Origin: Planctomycetota bacterium
GTDB taxonomy: Bacteria > Planctomycetota > MHYJ01 > JACQXL01
Assembly (NCBI GenBank): GCA_043801445.1
Contig: JAZDMB010000032.1
Coordinates: 29,438-93,437, forward strand
Direction of reading: 5' to 3'
Length of the DNA stretch: 64,000 bases
The notes beneath the pieces were generated by a model, which had not been told where the DNA came from, ran no database searches, and saw nothing but the letters and a program-made list of their open reading frames with translations. Positions within the stretch are counted from its first letter, which is position 1. Each line of letters opens with the position of its first letter. The position numbers and the translations under genes are program-made. This document shows, one piece after another, positions 57,198-64,000 of this stretch.

Positions 57198-58238
57198 ATG
57201 AAAATGAGAGCAATAATGAAAACTAAAGCCGGTACCGGCGCTGAATTAGTAACGGTTGATGTTCCTAAGCCTGGTCCGAATGATTTACTGATAAAAGTTA
57301 AGGCAACTTCAATCTGCGGAACAGATTATCATATATATCAATGGGATGCTTGGGCACAAAGTCGGATAAAACCACCAATTATTTTCGGACATGAATTTGC
57401 CGGTGAAGTTGTTGAAGTAGGGTCTCAGGTAAAATATTTCATACCGGGCGATTTCATTTCAGCAGAAAGTCATATCCCTTGCGGATATTGCTATCAATGC
57501 CGTAATGACCAGAGACATATTTGCGGTAACCTGAAAATTTTAGGCGTTGATGTCAATGGTTGTTTTGCTGAATATGTTGTTCTGCCGGAGGTATGCGCAT
57601 GGAAAAATGACAAATCACTTTCTATTGAAATAGCTTCCATTCAGGAACCGTTGGGAAATGCGGTTTATGCTGTGCTTTGTGACAGCATCAGCGGGCTTTC
57701 AGTAACTGTTTTTGGCTGTGGCCCAGCTGGATTATTGACAGTAGCTGTTGCTAGGGCGGCCGGCGCAGGAAAAATAATTCATGTTATCAGAAATGAATAT
57801 GCTCGATCTATTTCCCAAAAAGTCGGTTCGGATGTTATTATATCTTATAACGACCCTAATTTGAAAGACAAAGTATTTACTGAAACAAATGGTGTTGGCG
57901 TTGATGTTGTAATGGAAATGAGCGGAAATCAAAAAGCCATCGCAGATGGAATTAACGTATTACGAAAAGGGGGACGTTTTACCGCTTTTGGTCTTTCCTC
58001 TGAGGAATCAGTTAATATAAATTTAAATAGCTTGATATTTAAAGGGGCGCGCATCATGGCAATTAACGGAAGGCTGATGTTTAAAACATGGTATCAAATG
58101 GCTAGCCTTTTAAATTCGGGTAGACTAAATGTGTCACCTGTAATTACTCATAAATTAAAGCTTGAAGAATTCGAAAAAGGATTTACCCTGATGAATCCAT
58201 TGGATAAAAAATCAGGGAAGATTATTTTAGTGCCTTAA
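57198..58238 (+). CDS. tdh: L-threonine 3-dehydrogenase (zinc-dependent MDR family)
   Basis: ICGTDYHIYQWDAWAQSRIKPPIIFGHEFAGEVVEVG and GCGPAGLLTVAVARAAGA. Confidence 0.85.
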   Translation: MKMRAIMKTKAGTGAELVTVDVPKPGPNDLLIKVKATSICGTDYHIYQWDAWAQSRIKPPIIFGHEFAGEVVEVGSQVKYFIPGDFISAESHIPCGYCYQCRNDQRHICGNLKILGVDVNGCFAEYVVLPEVCAWKNDKSLSIEIASIQEPLGNAVYAVLCDSISGLSVTVFGCGPAGLLTVAVARAAGAGKIIHVIRNEYARSISQKVGSDVIISYNDPNLKDKVFTETNGVGVDVVMEMSGNQKAIADGINVLRKGGRFTAFGLSSEESVNINLNSLIFKGARIMAINGRLMFKTWYQMASLLNSGRLNVSPVITHKLKLEEFEKGFTLMNPLDKKSGKIILVP

Positions 58239-58613
58239 TCGTAATAAAAATTATGGCTCGGTAAGCTCCCGCCCGGAAAAAGAGGCTCGCCTTTATGAGC
58301 GGCACCATTAAGTTCACTGCTAAATCTGCCGATGTAAAGTTCCACCTTTCGCGCAAAATAACTATGCAGTTAGCTTTTCGCATGGAATGAACTGTTTTTA
58401 TTTTACCACGTTTGTTTTAACATGCAGCGCATTGTGTTGAAGCTTTTCATCTAAATTCTTTCGGAAGAAAACCCTTCCCGGCCCGAGTCCGATCCGCCTT
58501 CGGCAGATTAAAAACCACGCGAGCAACTACCCAACCTTCCGATTAAAAATAATTATAAAAAAATAAATAAAAATGTTGACTGAAATTACCGCATTTGTAT
58601 TGTATAAATAAAA

Positions 58614-58627
58614 TGGACTAACGAGTC
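58614..58627 (+). promoter_or_regulatory. Palindrome GGACTAACGAGTCC just upstream of tetR (candidate TetR operator); TTGACT -35-like hexamer at 58576
   Basis: 5-4-5 perfect palindrome 30 bp upstream of the tetR ATG. Confidence 0.3.
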
Positions 58628-58657
58628 CGTCTATATAATTAATAGAGATTTATTATC

Positions 58658-59269
58658 ATGAAAAGAAAAGAGCGGTCAAGAAAACTTAAAGGCCAACGAG
58701 AAAATGAAATTATATCTGTCGCGTCTGACATGTTCGCCCAAAAGGGATATCACCTAACCGACCTAGAAGTCGTCGCCGATAAAATCGGCATCGGCAAGGG
58801 AACTATCTACCGATACTTCTCCTCCAAGCAAAGCCTCTTTACTGCCGTATTGGAAAAATTTATGCGTAAATTAGCAAACGAAATAATCGATACTAATGTT
58901 GAAAGTATCCGCAACCCGGTGGAGCGGCTCAAAGTTATTATCAGGAAGCATATGGAATTCTTTGAAAATAACTTTCAATTAATAGAACTATTCATCCATT
59001 ATCGCAGTGAATGCAAGGATAAATTTAAACCGCTTTACCTAAAAAATTATTCCAAATGTCTGAGTAGGGCAGAAGCTCTTATCCGGGAATGTATCGACCA
59101 AGGATTAATGAAAAATATACCGCCGAGAGCAACAACCAATATATTAATGGATATATTTGATGGAATGATTTTCAGCACTTTTTTAGGGGGCGATAAAAAA
59201 ACCTTCCAAAAAAAAGGCAAGTATCTGGAAGAAGTATTCATTAACAATCTGTTATTAATAAAGAATTAA
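58658..59269 (+). CDS. TetR/AcrR-family transcriptional regulator
   Basis: N-terminal HTH TDLEVVADKIGIGKGTIYRYFSSKQSLF. Directly upstream of the efflux genes. Confidence 0.85.
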   Translation: MKRKERSRKLKGQRENEIISVASDMFAQKGYHLTDLEVVADKIGIGKGTIYRYFSSKQSLFTAVLEKFMRKLANEIIDTNVESIRNPVERLKVIIRKHMEFFENNFQLIELFIHYRSECKDKFKPLYLKNYSKCLSRAEALIRECIDQGLMKNIPPRATTNILMDIFDGMIFSTFLGGDKKTFQKKGKYLEEVFINNLLLIKN

Positions 59270-59271
59270 TT

Positions 59272-60624
59272 ATGAAAAAATATTTATTACTTTTCTTGTT
59301 AATTATTTATTTAGCTCTTGCCGGCACAATGGGAAATATTACGGCAGACAACGAAACGAATTCATCCCAAACCATCAAACCGCTTTCGCTTGAGGATTGC
59401 CTCAAAATCGCCTCTGAAAATAACCGCCAAGTATTAATCATGAACGAGGCTACCAATCAAACTGGAGGCAAAATAACAGAAGCAAAAGCGGGACGATATC
59501 CTTCCGTTTCCACCACCATCAACTATACCAGAATTGACCAACTACAGTCCTTCAGCGTAGGCGGATCAAAAATAACAACAGGCAGTCTGGATAACTACAA
59601 GGCGGAGCTTTCTATCAAGCAATCCCTTTATACCAGCGGTCTTATCAGTTCCGGCATCAGAATAGCCCAACTCGGCCAGATAATACAGAAAACACAGAAG
59701 GAAGATTTATTGCGCAATCTTAACTTCCAGATTAAAAATACTTATTATGATATCCTGCTAAACGAGGAAATTGTAAAAGTAAACCTTAAAACCGAAGAAA
59801 ACGGTCTAGCTCATCTTAATGATGTAACCAAACATCACCAACAAGGACTGGTTTCCGACTACGACTTACTGCGCGCTAAGGTTCAGCTATCCAATATCCG
59901 CGCCATGCTTATCCAGAGCCAATCAACCTTTAAAAGAAGTAAACTCGTTCTGATTAATTTGATAGGCTTACCGCTTGATTCTGCTGATGGCTTGATTCTA
60001 TCTGACAAATTAGTTTACAAAGAGAATGCACCATCTCTGGCTGCCGCCTTTTTCGTAAGCGACGGACCAGACTTCGGCGGGAAGAATCGTCCCGATTTAC
60101 GTGCGGCACAAATAAACATTGACATCCAAAAAGAAACCCTAAGGATGACTAAGGCGCAAGGGTTACCTTCTTTTTTCCTTGTCGGCAATTATGGCGAAGA
60201 AAACCCTTCTCGCTATGCCTTTGGTGATCCTAAATGGGGGGATTACTGGAATGTTTCGGCAATGATTTCTATTCCTATTTTTGAAGGATTTCTGATAAGC
60301 GCAAAAATCCGACAGGGAAACTCAGCTTTGCATCAGGCAGAAATCGCTGAATTAGACCTGAAAGAACGCATAAAACTTGAACTCCAACAGGCTATCCTAA
60401 TTCTTAAAGATTCCATAGAATTAATTAATTCCCAGAAAGAAAATGTAGCCCAAGCTCAAGAAGGACTCCGACTGGTAGATGTCGGCTATAAAAACGGTGC
60501 AAATACGCAATTAGAAGTGCTGGATGCACAGATAGCTCTTGACACTGTTTCTAAAAACTATATTCAAGCAGTATACCTTTATAATATTGCTCAAGCAACC
60601 ATTGAATCGGTAACTGCAAAATGA
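59272..60624 (+). CDS. TolC-like outer membrane efflux protein
   Basis: Signal peptide. Two OEP repeats (LSLEDCLKIASENN...; coiled coils). 450 aa. Confidence 0.85.
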   Translation: MKKYLLLFLLIIYLALAGTMGNITADNETNSSQTIKPLSLEDCLKIASENNRQVLIMNEATNQTGGKITEAKAGRYPSVSTTINYTRIDQLQSFSVGGSKITTGSLDNYKAELSIKQSLYTSGLISSGIRIAQLGQIIQKTQKEDLLRNLNFQIKNTYYDILLNEEIVKVNLKTEENGLAHLNDVTKHHQQGLVSDYDLLRAKVQLSNIRAMLIQSQSTFKRSKLVLINLIGLPLDSADGLILSDKLVYKENAPSLAAAFFVSDGPDFGGKNRPDLRAAQINIDIQKETLRMTKAQGLPSFFLVGNYGEENPSRYAFGDPKWGDYWNVSAMISIPIFEGFLISAKIRQGNSALHQAEIAELDLKERIKLELQQAILILKDSIELINSQKENVAQAQEGLRLVDVGYKNGANTQLEVLDAQIALDTVSKNYIQAVYLYNIAQATIESVTAK

Positions 60625-60687
60625 CAACGGGATTAAACGGATGATTCTAATCTGATAAATTCTGTTGTTTAATTTGAGGAGGAAGAT

Positions 60688-61836
60688 ATGAAAAAATTGA
60701 TTATGGGTTTGTTAATTATAATTGTAGTTGTGATCGTCACAATACGAATAATAAGCAACACGGAAAAGGCAACTCTTACTAACGGCGAAAAAATTATTCC
60801 TGTGACAATAAATGAAATTACCAGCTCGGACATTATGGAAACAACATCGTGTTTTGGCACGGTTAAGGCTTTAAATCAGGTGGATATCTATGCTAAGATA
60901 AGCGGCAGAGTGGAACAATTGCTAATTAAGGATGGCCAGGAAGTAAAAAATGGCGATATTCTTGCCATACTGGAACATTCTGCAATCCAGACGCAAATAG
61001 AACAATCAGAAGCAGGTCTTAATACCGCTAAGGCTCAATCAAAACAGGCAGAAATTAATTTGGAAAATCTCTTTAAAGAACTGCAACGCATTATAGAATT
61101 AAGTAAGCAAGGCGCCGTCTCTGTTTCAAGAAAAGAACAAATAGAAACCCAGTATAATGCCTCTTTGGCTCAAAAGGAAGCGATTGAAGCACAGATAAAA
61201 CAAATGGAAGCAATCCTCAAACAGACAAACATCAATAAAGACGAAGCCTATATCCGCGCTTCTATCTACGGAATTATTTCTCAACGCTATACCAATATAG
61301 GTAATATGGTTACGCCTATGCAACCAATTTTTACCATTATCCAAATAGACACGGTTAAAATCACCACTACCATACCCGAAACAATACTCTCAAAGGTAAA
61401 AAATGGGGAAACCGGGTCGCTGATTACGGTTGATGCCTATCCGAATAAAATCTTTAACGGTATTGTTTCTTATGTCGCACCGGCCGTTGACCCCAGAAGC
61501 AGGAATATAGACATAGAGATTGAATTGGAAAATAAAGACAAATTATTAAAACCGGGCATGTTCTCGCGCATTGAACTGATACTTGACCAGAAAAAAAATA
61601 TCATCGCTATTCCCAAAGACCTTGTTATTTATGATATGAGCAGCACTGATTTTAAAGGTTACGTGGTATATGTTCTTCAAAATAATGTTGCCAAAAAGAG
61701 AAACATCCAAACCGGGATTTATTCCCGTGGATTAGTAGAAATAAAAGAGGGGCTTTCAGAAGGCGATAAAATCATTACCGCGGTCGGACCTCATATTTAT
61801 GACGGCTGTAAAGTAGAGATAGTGAATAACAAATAA
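60688..61836 (+). CDS. Efflux RND transporter periplasmic adaptor subunit
   Basis: N-terminal TM, coiled-coil hairpin, biotinyl-like and beta-barrel segments. Sits between the OMP and the RND pump. Confidence 0.85.
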   Translation: MKKLIMGLLIIIVVVIVTIRIISNTEKATLTNGEKIIPVTINEITSSDIMETTSCFGTVKALNQVDIYAKISGRVEQLLIKDGQEVKNGDILAILEHSAIQTQIEQSEAGLNTAKAQSKQAEINLENLFKELQRIIELSKQGAVSVSRKEQIETQYNASLAQKEAIEAQIKQMEAILKQTNINKDEAYIRASIYGIISQRYTNIGNMVTPMQPIFTIIQIDTVKITTTIPETILSKVKNGETGSLITVDAYPNKIFNGIVSYVAPAVDPRSRNIDIEIELENKDKLLKPGMFSRIELILDQKKNIIAIPKDLVIYDMSSTDFKGYVVYVLQNNVAKKRNIQTGIYSRGLVEIKEGLSEGDKIITAVGPHIYDGCKVEIVNNK

Positions 61837-61852
61837 CCTACTGGAGAAAATT

Positions 61853-64000
61853 ATGTTGCTACCGGAATTTGGCGTTAAACAACCCGTAACCAACCTAATG
61901 ATTTTTCTCGGTATTATCATCCTGGGTATTATTTCCATACTTTTTCTGCCCGTGGACCTGATGCCCGAGATGGAGATGCCTGCCATAACGGTCATTACCA
62001 ATTATCCCGGCGCAGCGGCTGAAGATGTGGAAACCGCTGTCACAAAACACATAGAAAATGACCTTTCTATCGTATCTAACCTGACCGAGATTAACTCCTA
62101 TTCACGAGAAGGCGTATCATATGTAGTATGCCGTTTCAACTGGGGTACTAATTTAGATGAGGCATCCAATGAAATAAGAGACCACCTGGATTTTACTAAG
62201 ATGAAACTCCCTGACGATGCCAACAAACCGATAATAATCAAATTCAACACCAACATGATGCCCGTATTGATGTACTGCGTAACTGCCAAAGAATCCTGGA
62301 CCAAGCTTTACGAAATACTGGATGACCAGCTTGTTACCTCATTGAAGCAGATAGAAGGCGTCGGAGCGGTCCAACTCATCGGCGGACTCCAACGCCAGAT
62401 AAATATAGAAATTGACAAAGGCAAATTAGTTGCTTACGGCATCTCCATCAACGAAGTGGAAAATGCCATCCGCTTGCATAATTATTCCCTTCCTGCCGGT
62501 TCGCTAAAAATCGGTCCCAATGAATATATGTTACAAACTCCAGGCGAATATAAAAAAGTAACTGAAATAGAAGAAACCATCGTCAGGGTATCCGGACAAA
62601 ACAATTCATCTCCTATCCGCCTGCGGGATATTGCAACTGTCAAGGACGATTTTAAAGACCCGCCCGGCATGGTATATTTAGATGGCGGTAATCCCGGAGT
62701 ATTGTTCTTTATCCAGAAACAATCCGGTTCTAATACCAATGAAGTCATCCGAAAGGTTATAGAAAAATTAGAGGTCATCAAGAAAAAATTGCCTGCAGAC
62801 ATACAATTCGCCGAGATTTTCAATACGGCTGATATGATTACTACCACCATAAACAATCTAAATCAGACCGTATTTTTCGGAGGTATCCTCGTTATTATCA
62901 TTACCCTGCTTTTCCTTGGTGAAATCAGGTCCAGCCTGATTATTGTATTAACCATCCCCTTCTCCCTGATTTCCGCCTTTATCTTCCTCTATATCTGGGG
63001 TAAAACCATTAATATGATGTCCCTGGCGAGTATCGCCATTGCTATTGGGATGGTGGTTGATAATGCCATTGTGGTAATGGAAAATATATTCACACACCGT
63101 TCACGTGGAAGCGATCAATTCAAATCATCAATCGTCGGCGCCTCAGAAGTCGGATTGGCTATCTCTGCTTCAGCGCTTACCACTATTGTTGTCTTCGTTC
63201 CGCTTGTTTTCTTAACAGGAGTTACCGGCATCATCTTTAAACAACTCGGCGTAATGATTATCGTTACCATAATGGCTTCATTAATAACCGCCTTAACTTT
63301 CACTCCAATGCTGGCATCAAAAATATTAAGCGCTAAATCGTCATTTAATAAAAAGGGGTGGTTTATATATGTAGAAAAATGGTATGCCTCTATTCTAGAC
63401 TGGGCATTAGCCCATAAAGCAAAGGTCGTGGTTATCTCTGTCATTATTTTTATATTATCAATAGCGCTTATTCCTTTTATGGGCACTGAGTTTTTCCCTG
63501 AACAAGATACAGGAGAAATTACCATCACCGCTGAATTACCCGCAGGTAAACGGATGGAGGAATCCCTAAGAATAGGCCGTGAAGTAGAAAAAATATTCCG
63601 CGAGGCATCAGGAAAAGATCTGGTTCATTCATATATCCGGACAGGAACTGTCGGATTGGGCGGAGCAATGATGGGCGTTAAAGAAGGAATCAATGTGGTA
63701 ATGGTCGGCGGCAAGGTGGTAAAATCAAACTATCGCAAGCGTTCGGACAAACAAATCGCCCAGGAAGTCCGCCAGAAAATTATCAGGATACCCGGTCTTG
63801 TTAAATTTGATGTCGCAACCGGCGACCATCTCAGCCAGGCGCTGATGGGCGGCGGCAAAGCCCTGACTATTGAAATATTCGGCAATGATATGGAAAAAAC
63901 AGATCGAATAGCCGCCCGAATAAAGGATATAACGGCAAAAATACCAGGTATTGTTGACCCGTCTGTCACCCGCGACATCGCCAAACCGGAATGGAAAATC
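61853..64000 (+). CDS. RND family efflux permease (AcrB/HAE1-like), 5' portion; continues past window end
   Basis: Manual translation from ATG 61853: MLLPEFGVKQPVTNLMIFLGIIILGI...SLASIAIAIGMVVDNAIVVMENI... It is open to the window end. Not in the ORF track because no stop is reached. Confidence 0.85.
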   Translation, partial: MLLPEFGVKQPVTNLMIFLGIIILGIISILFLPVDLMPEMEMPAITVITNYPGAAAEDVETAVTKHIENDLSIVSNLTEINSYSREGVSYVVCRFNWGTNLDEASNEIRDHLDFTKMKLPDDANKPIIIKFNTNMMPVLMYCVTAKESWTKLYEILDDQLVTSLKQIEGVGAVQLIGGLQRQINIEIDKGKLVAYGISINEVENAIRLHNYSLPAGSLKIGPNEYMLQTPGEYKKVTEIEETIVRVSGQNNSSPIRLRDIATVKDDFKDPPGMVYLDGGNPGVLFFIQKQSGSNTNEVIRKVIEKLEVIKKKLPADIQFAEIFNTADMITTTINNLNQTVFFGGILVIIITLLFLGEIRSSLIIVLTIPFSLISAFIFLYIWGKTINMMSLASIAIAIGMVVDNAIVVMENIFTHRSRGSDQFKSSIVGASEVGLAISASALTTIVVFVPLVFLTGVTGIIFKQLGVMIIVTIMASLITALTFTPMLASKILSAKSSFNKKGWFIYVEKWYASILDWALAHKAKVVVISVIIFILSIALIPFMGTEFFPEQDTGEITITAELPAGKRMEESLRIGREVEKIFREASGKDLVHSYIRTGTVGLGGAMMGVKEGINVVMVGGKVVKSNYRKRSDKQIAQEVRQKIIRIPGLVKFDVATGDHLSQALMGGGKALTIEIFGNDMEKTDRIAARIKDITAKIPGIVDPSVTRDIAKPEWKI

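Noticed and set aside
58239-58657. tmRNA, RNase P RNA, SRP RNA or 6S RNA in the long tetR-upstream spacer
   Set aside because: I could not find the conserved motifs: no tag-peptide reading frame ending in ALAA with a CCA end, no RNase P GGAAAGUCCGG/ACAGAAA boxes, and no SRP domain IV motif. Only a generic inverted repeat is present.

Overview
AT-rich (about 40% GC by eye) chromosomal segment from a diderm bacterium, probably an uncultivated lineage; I cannot place it taxonomically from sequence alone. No rRNA, tRNA or CRISPR was found. Gene order by coordinate: a MacB-type tripartite ABC efflux locus on the minus strand (TolC-like OMP, HlyD/MacA adaptor, ATPase, FtsX-type permease running off the window start); a secreted M6-like metalloprotease with three near-identical cadherin-like repeats; a GxxExxY gene; apt; a 6.5 kb accessory island (8.44-15.1 kb) of ORFans cut up by dispersed repeats; two TPR proteins; a truncated S10 ribosomal operon (rpsJ to rpmC) that runs straight into a DksA-like zinc-finger gene and lspA; bioA; a repeat-bearing esterase; the MoxR/DUF58/BatA operon; dnaE; an MBL hydrolase; prmC; acpP-fabF; a TPR lipoprotein; a SAM methyltransferase; an HI0933-type flavoprotein; a 1.26 kb intergenic region with two 22-bp tandem arrays; an orphan membrane protein; acpS; a GGDEF cyclase; clpC; a GDYXXLXY/DUF2157 membrane pair; parAB; an MlaF-like ATPase with an orphan ATP-synthase-epsilon-like gene; tdh; and a tetR/OMP/adaptor/RND-permease locus running off the window end. 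The most unusual property is the density and variety of short dispersed repeats: (1) a GC-rich palindrome family, CCCGCCTGAC-loop-GTCGGGCAGG, present in intergenic DNA and read through in-frame inside at least six genes, like Rickettsia palindromic elements; (2) imperfect hairpins built from CACAAAG/CACAGAG heptads whose arms pair fully only as RNA from one strand, via G-U wobble; (3) a 65-75 bp MITE-like element with TATAAGGA/TCCTTATA terminal inverted repeats; (4) three arrays of directly tandem 22-bp units, all ending in a shared G-rich module; (5) other recurring motifs (AAGAAAACTTCGTAAC, TGCCTGCCTACTTGGTRTAATCTGTGG, CCCCGTTAGAAA). The best candidate for an undescribed system is a co-directional three-gene cassette in the island: a zinc-ribbon membrane protein, a DUF4238-like protein and an acidic 223-aa protein, sitting next to an iteron-like array.
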